A stretch of DNA of 64,000 nucleotides from an uncultured bacterium (GTDB taxonomy: Bacteria > Patescibacteriota > JAHJAL01). This document shows, in pieces, positions 1 to 10,339 of this stretch (position 1 is the stretch's first letter; each line of letters starts with the position of its first letter). The position numbers and the translations under genes were made by a program. The notes beneath the pieces were generated by a model. That model saw only the letters and a program-made list of their open reading frames with translations. It had not been told where the DNA came from and ran no database searches. The stretch spans positions 75,914 to 139,913 of the forward strand of contig CALKWM010000013.1 of assembly GCA_938004065.1 (NCBI GenBank). Reading direction: 5' to 3'.

Positions 1-4
1 GAGC

Positions 5-541
5 GTGTTGCTTGAAAAAATCAATAGCTCAAAACCAAAAATCAAAGTTGAAAAAGGATGGAAGGGTTTGTATAACAATGCTAAAAAAGGATTATTGCGT
101 TTGTTTGGTAGAGGAGAAAAACCGGTGGAGAAAAAAGTAAATCCGTTGGAAAAAGAATTAGCAGAAAAAGAAAATAGTATAAAATTGATGAGAGATTCTG
201 CGCTGGAATCGAAAAACAAACTCGTGCAATTGGAAAAGAAATCGGATGTAAAGAACAAGATTTTATCGGATGTGATAGATAAACAGGTGGAGAAAATATA
301 TAGTGATGTGTTTTCCGCTATTGAAAAATCTGACAAGTATAAAGAAACTAACTACATACCTGAATCCGATCGTGCCAGATTGATGGCGGTTGCTAAAGAA
401 GAAGTAAAAGACACTTTGGAAAGGTGGGAAAAAACTATTTTTGACGAGAAAGTAAAAAAGATGATTCAAGAAAAAATAACCAAATTCAATGAAGAGATAA
501 AAGAGAGAACAAAGATGGCTAAGGATTTAGGGAGTAGATGA
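5..541 (+). CDS. hypothetical coiled-coil protein (probably 5'-truncated by window edge)
   Basis: Open frame from window start, Lys/Glu-rich, no recognisable motif. Confidence 0.6.
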   Translation: MLLEKINSSKPKIKVEKGWKGLYNNAKKGLLRLFGRGEKPVEKKVNPLEKELAEKENSIKLMRDSALESKNKLVQLEKKSDVKNKILSDVIDKQVEKIYSDVFSAIEKSDKYKETNYIPESDRARLMAVAKEEVKDTLERWEKTIFDEKVKKMIQEKITKFNEEIKERTKMAKDLGSR

Positions 542-595
542 ACGAAAATTCTGTTGTAAGAGCGAAATCATTTTTTACATATAATATCGAGAAAC

Positions 596-1009
596 ATGAA
601 AACAAAAATACAAGATAATATGCAGATTTTGGTATCACAGTTGCGGGAGGATTTGAGCGAGATTGATTGTATGATGGATGACTATTTTGAAGCCGAGGCC
701 AATGAATGCGGGATGAAATGGTTTAGTTTCAATGAGGAAAAAAACCGGGGGAAGGATGAACTGGTGCGAATTAGCGTCTGGAGTTTGGATGCGAATTGTT
801 ATGATGTAGAAGAAATGCTGGCTAGCAAATATGTTTGGCTGGGAGATTTGGTAACCAGGATTGATGAGAAAGGTAATTTGAGATATGTAAATTGCGAAAA
901 TGCCAAAGGGCTGATCGCAGAAGATCTGGTGGAATTGTTTCGAGGGTTTTGCGGAGGCAAAGTGGCTTGTGTGATGCCAAATTGTGTGGAAGTAAAAATA
1001 AATTTATAA
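596..1009 (+). CDS. hypothetical protein
   Basis: 137-aa ATG ORF on the coding strand of the region. Confidence 0.55.
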   Translation: MKTKIQDNMQILVSQLREDLSEIDCMMDDYFEAEANECGMKWFSFNEEKNRGKDELVRISVWSLDANCYDVEEMLASKYVWLGDLVTRIDEKGNLRYVNCENAKGLIAEDLVELFRGFCGGKVACVMPNCVEVKINL

Positions 1010-1042
1010 ATCAATATTTTTGATAATAATTAATACATAAAA

Positions 1043-2959
1043 ATGAGTAAGAATAATTTAGAAAAGCCATCTTTGATAAGTTCCAAATCAATTGTCGACT
1101 GGAAAAAAACAATTCAAGCGACCGCTGTTTTGACCGCATTGTCCAGTATTTTGGGTGCCAAATTTGAAAGTGGAAAGAGTGAGGTAAGTACTCATCCTAC
1201 CGATATACAGTTAGGTGAATTAAGTAAAGTTCATGAAGTTGAGCAAGTTGGTCAGTCGATGTATCCAGAAAATCAGTCTGATAAAATTTTGTCAGAAATC
1301 GGTGTAAAAATTGATTTTGGTCAGGAAAAAGTTCCTGATCGATGGAATGAAACTGCTTCTCGAGTACAGACAAGCAATTTAATTACATTTGAAAGTTGTG
1401 GTTTAAAGGAAAATAATCCTGTCCGTCAAGAAGTGCAAAAATTGATTGATTTAGGTAAAAATTTGGATGGTAGAGAACGTAGTAATTATTTATTGGAGGT
1501 CAAGCAAGAATTTGAAAAAAAATTTATTGACAGCACATCTGATTCAGAGAAAGAAACAATAATGGCCGGATATTTATTGTTTAGAAATGAATTTAATTCA
1601 CTTTTGAAAGCGGGGGAAAAAATTGATGCTTTGTCTGCTGCCAAAAAAGCAGAGATGGTTTCACAAAATATTGATTTGGATGAGTATCTTGATCGTCAAT
1701 ATGAAAGTGATTATAAATTGTATGTCGATGCTACCAAACCGTTAGTAATAAAGGATTCAAACAATAAAGATATAATTGAACTTGAACCGGATACAAATAT
1801 TCATCAGTTGATAGGTAATACAGATATTATTGAACATATAAATAGTTATGGAGGGGTGGAAATTACAAATTTGACAGATTTGAAAGATATTGATCCGGTA
1901 GTATATCAAACTATTACGGAACATAATTTGGATAAACAAACCGAGATTGAAACTCAAAAAATTGCTGAAGAGATAAACAAAATTTTGGTTGAAAATAATT
2001 CCAATGAACTTGATGAAACTGATTTGGAAAATCTTCAATTTCAAGTGCATAAGACATTACAAAAAAGTATTGAATCAGGGAATGTGGAAGAGGTGAAAAT
2101 TCCTTTAAATACAGTTACAGTCACTAATCCGGCTGTAAAAAATGAGATAAATACTTCCAAGTATTCTATTAGATTTCCGCAGTTTGAAGTTGGAAAATAT
2201 GATGTCAATATAGTGGCTGATTTGTTGCATAATTATCAACTGTTCGGGAAGGATATTTATTTGCCTTCAATATCTATGGAAGCGGAAAATAAACTGTCAG
2301 ATGCAGTTTATAAAGATGGGTTTTTGAATGTTAGATTATCGGCAAATCAAAATATTATGGTTGGAAATATTTCAGAAGATATGTTGTGTCAGGGAAATTT
2401 GGTGTATGTCGTATCGCCAGCTGTCGGATCAGAATCCGATATTGCAATGCCTGTAAATAAACCGAGCGAGAAATTTAACCTAAGTGTAATGATACCATTA
2501 ATACCATTGATAATATTGAGACTGAGAAATAAAAAAAATAAATTAGGACAAGAAAGAGACATTAAATACAAAGAATCAGTAAAAAAGAAACCTATTCTGT
2601 CTAAAAAACAAATTTCGCCAGTATTTGAACCAATGAAGGATAAGAAATCAATTCAAATAGAAAAATCAATTATTCCGGAAAATAATTTGTTGGGAAATGA
2701 TGATTCTGTTCTTTCAATAAAAACTGATGGTAACGAAATACCAATACTTTCTCCCACACCTCCAGATTTTAGAGATAAGAGGTATTGGCCAAGAGATGTG
2801 ACAAAATCTTTGCTAAAGAGATCTAAAAAAATTCCACCCAAGAAGACTCTGGGTCAAAAATTAAAAAAACTAAGTGGGTCGGGTAAGGAAGTTGGTTCAC
2901 ATGCAGTGGGTGAATCAGGAGGATATCGATATAAAAGAAAAAAGAGAAGAGTGGCGTAA
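1043..2959 (+). CDS. hypothetical protein with N-terminal and late hydrophobic segments and basic C-terminal tail
   Basis: 638-aa ORF; hydrophobic stretches ATAVLTALSSILG and VMIPLIPLIIL. Confidence 0.7.
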   Translation: MSKNNLEKPSLISSKSIVDWKKTIQATAVLTALSSILGAKFESGKSEVSTHPTDIQLGELSKVHEVEQVGQSMYPENQSDKILSEIGVKIDFGQEKVPDRWNETASRVQTSNLITFESCGLKENNPVRQEVQKLIDLGKNLDGRERSNYLLEVKQEFEKKFIDSTSDSEKETIMAGYLLFRNEFNSLLKAGEKIDALSAAKKAEMVSQNIDLDEYLDRQYESDYKLYVDATKPLVIKDSNNKDIIELEPDTNIHQLIGNTDIIEHINSYGGVEITNLTDLKDIDPVVYQTITEHNLDKQTEIETQKIAEEINKILVENNSNELDETDLENLQFQVHKTLQKSIESGNVEEVKIPLNTVTVTNPAVKNEINTSKYSIRFPQFEVGKYDVNIVADLLHNYQLFGKDIYLPSISMEAENKLSDAVYKDGFLNVRLSANQNIMVGNISEDMLCQGNLVYVVSPAVGSESDIAMPVNKPSEKFNLSVMIPLIPLIILRLRNKKNKLGQERDIKYKESVKKKPILSKKQISPVFEPMKDKKSIQIEKSIIPENNLLGNDDSVLSIKTDGNEIPILSPTPPDFRDKRYWPRDVTKSLLKRSKKIPPKKTLGQKLKKLSGSGKEVGSHAVGESGGYRYKRKKRRVA

Positions 2960-2975
2960 ATTAAATTAAAAAACT

Positions 2976-3269
2976 ATGGAACAATTTATAAATATTTTGA
3001 CTATTGCTTACGGAGTGGGGGGAGTGGTAACTTTGTTTGGTTATATCCCGACGGTTCGTGATTTGTATGTTGGAAAACCAAGTGCCAATTCGACCACTTA
3101 TTTGATTTGGTTTATCACTACTTTTATCGCGACTTTGTATGGTTGGTTTGTATTGAAGGATTGGGTGTATTTATTGGTGGTTGGTTTACAGTTGGTGATG
3201 TGCTTGGTGATTTTGATTTTGAGGATGAGGTTGGCTTTTGTGAAAGGAAATTTTTCGAATGAGAAATAA
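2976..3269 (+). CDS. small 3-TM membrane protein (PQ-loop/SemiSWEET-like)
   Basis: 97 aa, three hydrophobic helices, GYIPTVRD motif in the PQ-loop position. Confidence 0.55.
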   Translation: MEQFINILTIAYGVGGVVTLFGYIPTVRDLYVGKPSANSTTYLIWFITTFIATLYGWFVLKDWVYLLVVGLQLVMCLVILILRMRLAFVKGNFSNEK

Positions 3270-3282
3270 AAATATTAATTAA

Positions 3283-3426
3283 TGAGTAGTGCTAAAAAAA
3301 AGAAATATGGTATGGATCCCCGATCCGCCCGAGGCGGACAAGTTATCGTCCGCCCCCACCCAAGGCGGGCAGGCAAGGCGGATCGATTCGAGGATGACAG
3401 ATAAGAAATTTAACCAGCACTACTTA
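3283..3426. mobile_element. MITE-like repeat family A, copy 1, with nested GC palindromes
   Basis: Ends AGTAGTGCT / AGCACTACT are inverted repeats; core GGATCCCCGAT...CGAGGATGACAGATAA shared with 55640 and, inverted, 63904. Confidence 0.65.
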
Positions 3427-3463
3427 TAAATTAAAATAGTAAATTTATCATTAAAATAAAAAA

Positions 3464-6265
3464 ATGAACAAATTAAACGAAGGGAAAGAAAGTGTTGAAC
3501 AAAAAGAAGAGTTAATTCAAAAAATTAACTTTAATGAAGCTGGTTTTGAGGATTTAAAAAAGGTAAAAAATTTGGAAGTTGGGATAGAAAAACAAAATCT
3601 AGCATTAATTTTGGCAGAAATGAATGAGCGTTTAGGACTGGTTGGTGAAGAGAAAATGAAGTCAAGGGAAGGAGGTTATCATTTGACGATTATTGATCCT
3701 TCGGAAAGTGGTTTTTTGGATATTATGACTGCAAAACAATTTGAAAAATTGAAGCAAATTAGTAACAATATTGCTGATGGCAAAGGAGTAGAAGTGAAAG
3801 GAATCGGAATGATTGATGGAGAAAGTAGTAGTGAGGTGAGGGAAAGTGATAAAAACAAGAAAGTTTGTTTTGTGGTAATTGAATCAGATGAGTTAAATGA
3901 TTTTAGAGAGAGTTTACCGGAAAGGATTGATTCCAAAGGGAAAAAGGTCAAGTTAACAAAGAAGGATTTGCACATTACACTCGGATTTGTAGGTGGAGAT
4001 ATTCATAATTCAAATATGAAAAATGAGGAAACAAAAAAGTATATCCCGATCAGAAAATCAAAAGATGAAAGATTTGATGATGTAGCCAAGATGATAAAAC
4101 TGGAATTTGGAGGGATCGATGGCGATAAGAAAGAGGAGAAAAAATCGGAAACGCCAGTGAAGGTTGAAAAGAAAGTCATGGCGATTAGCGGTCAGGAGAT
4201 GGGATTGATTATGAAAAATTTTCATGAGTTGGGTATAGATAATAGTAAAAGAGGTGAGTTCACTGCTATTTTGAAAAGTGAAGGAATGGCAGGATTGGGT
4301 AAGGCCGGATATGGTAGACAAATTGGTATTATTAAGAAATTGTTGATGGGAAAATGGAATAATATGATAGAAAAAATGGAGAAAAAGATTGATTCAAAGA
4401 AAATAGCAGAGAAATTAAGGAATGCAAGTGAAAAAGTTGTACTGATACCCAAAAAGGGTAATGTTGATGAAAAATATATAATCAAAAGTTTGCCTGATGG
4501 TAAGGGCAAAAAAATTGTGGCGGTAGATTTCAATGTATTTGAAATTGAAAAAAAAGGTGTACCGGTCAAAGTTGGTTTGTCAAATGAAATGGTTGGTTAC
4601 AAAGAAAATTATCAAGGCAGAGAAATTATCAATATCGATCATCATATTCCGATAGATGAGATGAAAAGAATAGTATCAAGCACTAATTTGGCATGCGAAT
4701 ATGTTAAAAATAATGGTATTATTCAGGATGAAGAATATGATGTAGTTGCTCATCATGCTGATGTTGATAGTTTTTTGGCAACTCTTGTGTTGCGGGGAGC
4801 AATACCTCCAGATCAAGGTATTGAAGATACCGCAATAGCGGCTGACCACACTGGTAGAGACAATGCTTTGGCCGATTTTCTCCAGGCCAGCCAGGAAGAA
4901 AAAAAGATAAAAGACGCTAATGGAGAAACGAGTTATCAAAATACTTTTAAATATCTATCCGAAAATTTAGCGAAATTATTGGAAAAGGTAAATATTGATG
5001 ATTTGTCAAAGATGAAAAGTAGAGAATTATTGCAATTATTGAATGATAATGATGAATTGAAAATTGATCCAAAAATGATATTGAATTTGGAAAGCAGGAT
5101 AAAGAAAAGGCAGAAAGTGAAGGAATTGGTGGAAAGATTGGGTCAAAAAGAAGGGTTTAAAGAAGTCAGAGAGGGTAGTGGAGTGTATTATGTTGATGTG
5201 AATCAGGAAATTGACGGGGAGTTGGCTCCGGCGGTTTTTGCTGATAACGGGATAAATGCAAATGTGATTGTGATTTCATATCCAAATAAAGATTTCCCAG
5301 GGAGATTGGCAACCAAAGTGAGGTTGGGGGAATGGGGTATGATCAATAAATTGGATTTGCAAAAAATTGATTTGAATTATTTTGTTCGTGGAATTGATAA
5401 GGAAGGTAATAAACTTGATACTCCTGGTTATGGTGGCAGATGGAATGCCGGATCGGATAAAAGAAATGGCGGAACGTATTTAAATGGATGTGAATATGCT
5501 AGAAATATTGATAATCTAATCAGGGCACAGGAAGATATTGGTTTGTTTTTAAAGAGTTTGTCTGAAGATGAAGACATAAATCAGGATGATAGAAAGAGTA
5601 TTGTTGAGGCGTTTAATTTGATGATAGAATTGCATATCTCTCAGAAAGATCGTCCGGATAAAAAACCTTATATTGTGCATCCGTTGGAAGTGGCAAAAGT
5701 GGTTTGGCAGGATTTTGGGGTTAAAGATAAAGATGTAATTGTAGCTGCTTTGTTGCATGATAGTATTGAAGATCAAGCGGAAAAATTGAGTGAAAAAAAT
5801 GGTGAGCCGGAAAGCGTTGATAAAATACGAAGCGGTTTGAATTATATTGGAAAAAAATTTGGTATGGATGTGGCAAGGTTAGTGGAAGAGTTGTCAAATC
5901 CGGATAGATCAGAAGAGGATATTGAAAAAGAATTATTTGATTTGGGATTTGATGTAAATAATGAAAACTTCGAAAAGGAAAAAAATAAGCTGAAGAATAA
6001 ATATTACTTGGAACATGTAAAAGAAATAATTGAAAAAGATCCCAAATTGTTGATGATCAAATTGGCTGATTTTAGTTTGAACGCTTTGGCATTGGATAAT
6101 GTCCAAGATCCAGTTAGAAAAGCAAAATTATTGGCCAAATATCAGCCGGCAGGAAAGTTGTTTTTGGAAAAAATAAATAGTCCAGATGGGGCTACTGAAA
6201 ATTTAATCGATAAATTTAATTTGGATAAATTGAATTGGTTGCGAAATAAATTGGAATATTTGTAA
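3464..6265 (+). CDS. multidomain phosphoesterase: 2H domain + DHH-like domain + RelA/SpoT-type HD domain
   Basis: Two HxT motifs (YHLTII, LHITLG); NIDHH and HHADVDS; PYIVHPLEVA...AALLHDSIED...IKLAD. Confidence 0.7.
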   Translation: MNKLNEGKESVEQKEELIQKINFNEAGFEDLKKVKNLEVGIEKQNLALILAEMNERLGLVGEEKMKSREGGYHLTIIDPSESGFLDIMTAKQFEKLKQISNNIADGKGVEVKGIGMIDGESSSEVRESDKNKKVCFVVIESDELNDFRESLPERIDSKGKKVKLTKKDLHITLGFVGGDIHNSNMKNEETKKYIPIRKSKDERFDDVAKMIKLEFGGIDGDKKEEKKSETPVKVEKKVMAISGQEMGLIMKNFHELGIDNSKRGEFTAILKSEGMAGLGKAGYGRQIGIIKKLLMGKWNNMIEKMEKKIDSKKIAEKLRNASEKVVLIPKKGNVDEKYIIKSLPDGKGKKIVAVDFNVFEIEKKGVPVKVGLSNEMVGYKENYQGREIINIDHHIPIDEMKRIVSSTNLACEYVKNNGIIQDEEYDVVAHHADVDSFLATLVLRGAIPPDQGIEDTAIAADHTGRDNALADFLQASQEEKKIKDANGETSYQNTFKYLSENLAKLLEKVNIDDLSKMKSRELLQLLNDNDELKIDPKMILNLESRIKKRQKVKELVERLGQKEGFKEVREGSGVYYVDVNQEIDGELAPAVFADNGINANVIVISYPNKDFPGRLATKVRLGEWGMINKLDLQKIDLNYFVRGIDKEGNKLDTPGYGGRWNAGSDKRNGGTYLNGCEYARNIDNLIRAQEDIGLFLKSLSEDEDINQDDRKSIVEAFNLMIELHISQKDRPDKKPYIVHPLEVAKVVWQDFGVKDKDVIVAALLHDSIEDQAEKLSEKNGEPESVDKIRSGLNYIGKKFGMDVARLVEELSNPDRSEEDIEKELFDLGFDVNNENFEKEKNKLKNKYYLEHVKEIIEKDPKLLMIKLADFSLNALALDNVQDPVRKAKLLAKYQPAGKLFLEKINSPDGATENLIDKFNLDKLNWLRNKLEYL

Positions 6266-6473
6266 ATTATTTTAATTTATCTGATTAAGATTTTGCCAAA
6301 GCAGGGCAAGAAAATGAAAGACAATTACGGAGAATAGATATAGAAATGGAGAAAAAAAGAAGCTAAGAAAGAATAAAGTTATTTGACTTTTAATCCTAAT
6401 TTAAGTTTAAGTTTGATAGAATAGATATAGTAAATAATATATTATTTACTATATTTTTTAAAGAAAAAAAATT

Positions 6474-8342
6474 ATGTTTAAAAAAATAATTAATTTATGT
6501 TTTGTAGCGATGTTGGCAGTAAATGGATTGGTAGTGGACAATGTGTTGGCTGCTGATTATCAATCAAAATGGCTAGGACAAAGTAGTTATTTGACGTTGT
6601 CTGAGGGACAGGTGGAAACGGTGTGGGTGGAGTTTCAAAATACCGGTAGTGCCAATTGGTATCGTGATGGAGATAACGCTTTGCACCTGGGAACAGCCAA
6701 GGATTTGGATCGAAAGAGTATGTTTTATAAAGAATCGGATTGGCTTTCAATGAATCGAGTCAAAATGAAACAAGAAGTGGTAAAGCCGGGCGAGACAGCC
6801 AGATTTGAGTGGCAAATAGAGGCGCCATATCAATCGGGAGTGTATCATGAATATTTTCGGCCAGTGGCGGAAAATATCACTTGGCTCAATGATCAAAGTG
6901 TGTATTGGGAATGGCGAGTTATTGGCGGAGTCGGATTTGAAGAAATGTGTGCTTCCAAAGATAGCGTAACTCAAACCAATGTTTGTACCATGCCGGAACC
7001 ATGGATGTATGAATCGAGTTGGGCGGGGCAGAGTAGTTATCTGACTATGAATACAGGTGAAGTGAAAGATTTGTGGGTGGAATTTGAAAACAATGGTTTG
7101 GCCAGTTGGGTCCAGTCGGGTGATTTTGCAGTACGGTTGGGGACGGCGAATCCGATTGATCGGGCCAGTAAGTTTTATCACAGTTCTTGGCTTTCCAATA
7201 ATCGAGTGATGATGACGCAGTCGGTGGTGAAAGCGGGTGAAAAAGCGAAATTTAGTTTCAAAGTGCAGGCGCCCACTGTTCCAGGTACGTATTATGAATA
7301 TTTTCGGCCGGTGGTGGAAAATATTTCTTGGTTAAAGGATGAGGGTGTTTTTTGGAAAATTGAAGTTTTGTCGGAGGAATCAAATAAACCGGTTGATCCT
7401 CCAGTAATTAATCCGGATGACAATAACAATTATGATGGCAAAACGGGAGTACCGATAGCCAGCGGAGCGGCAAAGGTTTCTAGTGAGGGTGCTTTTGAGG
7501 TGTACAATGCTTATACCAATAAATTGATCAGTACAGTTGGTGCCGGGACACAAGTGGCGTTGAAATACGAGGACGGGAAATACAAAATATGGGTGGGAAA
7601 TTTGTACTATGAATCGCCCGATTATGTACAATTGCGAGCAAAAAATGGCGCGATATTGCGGGTGGATTCGTACAATGACATAAAATCCTGGAATTCCAGT
7701 TTGAATGACAATTTGTTTCGCGATACGATTGAAATTCGATATTCGGATATGACCAATCAAACTTGGATTATCAATGAATTGTCGATGGAGGATTATGTGG
7801 CGGGAATTGCTGAATCGGGCAATACGTCACCGGCCGAGTATCTCAAAGCAATGGCAATTGCCGGCAGGACGTATGTGACATATCATAAAAATCGCGGTGG
7901 TCGACATCCGGAAAATTTTATCGATTTATACAATAGTGTCAATGGCAATGGTGATGATCAAGTATATCGTGGTTATGGTTTTGAGATAAGAAATCCAAAT
8001 GTGGTGGATGCGGCCAAAAAAACAGTGGGGATGGTGGTAAAATATGATGGTAAAGTAGTAGTAACACCGTATTTTTCCCAGAGTGATGGTCGAACCAGAT
8101 CGTCTTTTGAGGTATGGGGCAGTACCAGTTATCCATGGTGTCAATCAGTTGATGATCCGTACAACAAAGGTAAAGAACTACGGGGACATGGAGTCGGATT
8201 GAGCGCCAGTGGGGCTTTGGCGTATGCTTCGGAAGAAGGAAAAAATTATGACTGGATATTGAAATACTATTATACCGGTATAGAAATTGGAACGATAAAT
8301 TCGGCTAGTGAAAGAGTGAGAGTGGGGATATATAAATTATAA
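6474..8342 (+). CDS. secreted SpoIID/LytB-domain protein with two N-terminal NBR1-like Ig repeats
   Basis: Signal peptide; duplicated WVEFxN...LGT...EYFRPVxENIxWL domain; INELSMEDYVAGIAE, LKAMAIAGRTY, GHGVGLS, ILKYYY SpoIID motifs. Confidence 0.85.
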   Translation: MFKKIINLCFVAMLAVNGLVVDNVLAADYQSKWLGQSSYLTLSEGQVETVWVEFQNTGSANWYRDGDNALHLGTAKDLDRKSMFYKESDWLSMNRVKMKQEVVKPGETARFEWQIEAPYQSGVYHEYFRPVAENITWLNDQSVYWEWRVIGGVGFEEMCASKDSVTQTNVCTMPEPWMYESSWAGQSSYLTMNTGEVKDLWVEFENNGLASWVQSGDFAVRLGTANPIDRASKFYHSSWLSNNRVMMTQSVVKAGEKAKFSFKVQAPTVPGTYYEYFRPVVENISWLKDEGVFWKIEVLSEESNKPVDPPVINPDDNNNYDGKTGVPIASGAAKVSSEGAFEVYNAYTNKLISTVGAGTQVALKYEDGKYKIWVGNLYYESPDYVQLRAKNGAILRVDSYNDIKSWNSSLNDNLFRDTIEIRYSDMTNQTWIINELSMEDYVAGIAESGNTSPAEYLKAMAIAGRTYVTYHKNRGGRHPENFIDLYNSVNGNGDDQVYRGYGFEIRNPNVVDAAKKTVGMVVKYDGKVVVTPYFSQSDGRTRSSFEVWGSTSYPWCQSVDDPYNKGKELRGHGVGLSASGALAYASEEGKNYDWILKYYYTGIEIGTINSASERVRVGIYKL

Positions 8343-8502
8343 AAAAACATTCCAAACTTTCCAAACATTTTCTGCGCCCTAGGCGCATCCGCCTTGGGCG
8401 GAAAACTTTCCAAACAAAATGAGTAGAAAGTAGAAAATGATAAATGCTAAATTGTAATATTGCTAAATTATTTGATAATTGATCATTGGAAATTAATTTA
8501 AG

Positions 8503-9081
8503 ATGATTCGTTTGTTTGCTAAAAAACCCGGGAGAAGGAATAGGAAGCCAAAACAGGAGAAATCCAAATGGTTTTCAGGTTTTTTGAAATCGATAAAAAA
8601 GACGAACAAAAGAAAACTTCGGAGCACGGTTAGAAAAGGTACGGTAACAAAGTCGATTAACAGTACCGGTTGGTATCGTGCTTTTTTGAAATCACGTTTG
8701 TTCAATGTTGTTTTGATGATGGTGGTGGCGTATATGGTTTATCTAACCGGTAGGGAGGCATTGATCAATTATTATCAGTCAAAACAAGTGGCCAAAATAG
8801 AGACAGAAAATGCTAAAATAAGACAAAAGAATGACGAACTCAAATATTTGCTTGAATATTATAAAACTGATAGTTATGCTGAATTGGAGGCCAGAAAGTA
8901 TCTGAATATGAAAAAGCGAGACGAGCAGGTGGTGGTTGTGCCGGTAGATGTAAGCGAAACTCAATTTGGGGTGGAGGTTGAACAGGGGATGGAAGTGGTA
9001 AAAAAAGCAAATTATTTGAAGTGGTGGGATTTCGTATTTGCCGATATCAGCCAATTGCCAAGTAGTAGGGAGGGGGAATGA
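8503..9081 (+). CDS. septum formation initiator family protein (FtsB/DivIC-like)
   Basis: Single TM, then coiled coil and ELEARKYLNMKKRDE motif. Confidence 0.7.
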   Translation: MIRLFAKKPGRRNRKPKQEKSKWFSGFLKSIKKTNKRKLRSTVRKGTVTKSINSTGWYRAFLKSRLFNVVLMMVVAYMVYLTGREALINYYQSKQVAKIETENAKIRQKNDELKYLLEYYKTDSYAELEARKYLNMKKRDEQVVVVPVDVSETQFGVEVEQGMEVVKKANYLKWWDFVFADISQLPSSREGE

Positions 9082-9227
9082 TAGAAAGTATCAAGTTACA
9101 AGTAACCCCCTAAAGGGGACAATCTCTTTGGCTAAAAGCCAAATTAGATTAGCAAGGATCAAGTAAGGTGTTGTTAAAGCGACGACATCAGTAAGACAGT
9201 ATTAAAAAAATTTAGTTAGCAATTTTT

Positions 9228-9314
9228 GGAGAGGTCGCATAGTGGTTGATTGCGCACGCTTGGAAAGCGTGTATGCCCGCAAGGGTATCGAGGGTTCGAA
9301 TCCCTCTCTCTCCG
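9228..9314 (+). tRNA. tRNA-Ser(GGA)
   Basis: Acceptor GGAGAGG/TCTCTCC, anticodon arm CACGC-TTGGAAA-GCGTG, long variable arm, GGTTCGAATCC T-arm; CCA not encoded. Confidence 0.95.
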
Positions 9315-9473
9315 TTTCGTCGGAATACGTTCTCGCTGTTTCGCGTAAGCCGGCAGGACCGACTTCCGCTACACTTAACTCGAACGATTCCTCCTCTGTC
9401 CCATAAATTTCTATGCTTCGCTAGTAAATTTATGGGAGCCCTAAAATACACGATTCATTCTTCCTCTTTCTTA

Positions 9474-9655
9474 GAGACTGTTTAATAACTCACCGTATTT
9501 TTATGATATTTATACTTGTCGGTCAAAATTCCCTAATTTTTGCTACAAATTACGAAAAATTTAACGTCATATCTTGATATGACTTATAAATTTTTCATAA
9601 TTTTCGCTTAAAAATTATGGAATTTATGCCTCGACATGAGTTATTAAACAGTCTC
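9474..9655. mobile_element. 182-bp MITE with 19-bp terminal inverted repeats and TTA flanks
   Basis: GAGACTGTTTAATAACTCA (9474-9492) / TGAGTTATTAAACAGTCTC (9637-9655); TTA on both sides; internally self-complementary. Confidence 0.8.
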
Positions 9656-9928
9656 TTAAAAAATGTGATTACTGTGCATCTTTTTTGGGAACTCTGGAAG
9701 ACTTCGTATAACTTTTTTTGATAAAAATATTTTTGCTCGCGCCATTTTTTATTTGTAGTGTTTTGAATTGGATTTTCAAAAATTCCTCTTTACAAACAAA
9801 TTTGTTGATGTACAATAGGTTTGTAAGTTTTTTTCGTGTTATATATTCGAGCTAACAATTATGTAGGGTAGATATTTAACAGAAGGTCGAGCTTACGGCT
9901 TTATTTTTTTGTTTTAAAAAATCACACA

Positions 9929-10180
9929 ATGGAAACCAAAGTATTCGTCGGATCTTTGCCTTGGGCAATTGATTCAGACAAATTGCGTGAAATCTTCTCC
10001 GAAGCCGGAGAGGTTACTGAAGCTTCTGTAGTAACTGATCGGGAAACCGGTCGTTCCAGAGGTTTCGGATTTGTAGAATTTACAACTCCGGAAGCAGCAC
10101 AAAACGCAATTAAACTTTTCAACGAAAAAGAAATCGAAGGAAGACAAATTTTCGTAAATATTGCTCGTCCAAAAGAGTAA
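9929..10180 (+). CDS. RRM (RNP-1) RNA-binding protein
   Basis: KVFVGSL (RNP2) and RGFGFVEF (RNP1). Confidence 0.95.
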   Translation: METKVFVGSLPWAIDSDKLREIFSEAGEVTEASVVTDRETGRSRGFGFVEFTTPEAAQNAIKLFNEKEIEGRQIFVNIARPKE

Positions 10181-10205
10181 TCATTTAAGTTTGAAATTAG
10201 TAAAG

Positions 10206-10241
10206 AAAATCTCTCGTTAGTAAATAACGGGGGATTTTCTT
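10206..10241 (+). terminator. probable intrinsic terminator
   Basis: Imperfect hairpin AAAATCTCTCGTTA...TAACGGGGATTTT after the RRM gene. Confidence 0.55.
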
Positions 10242-10339
10242 AATAGCAAAAATGAATATTGTTTGATAGTTCAAAAATAATTGATAAAAGATATAATAGA
10301 TGTTGTTAATGAAAAAAATAAATATTTGTAAGTATTTGG

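Noticed and set aside
9212-9485. 79-aa ORFs on both strands
   Set aside because: They overlap tRNA-Ser and repeat DNA; spurious
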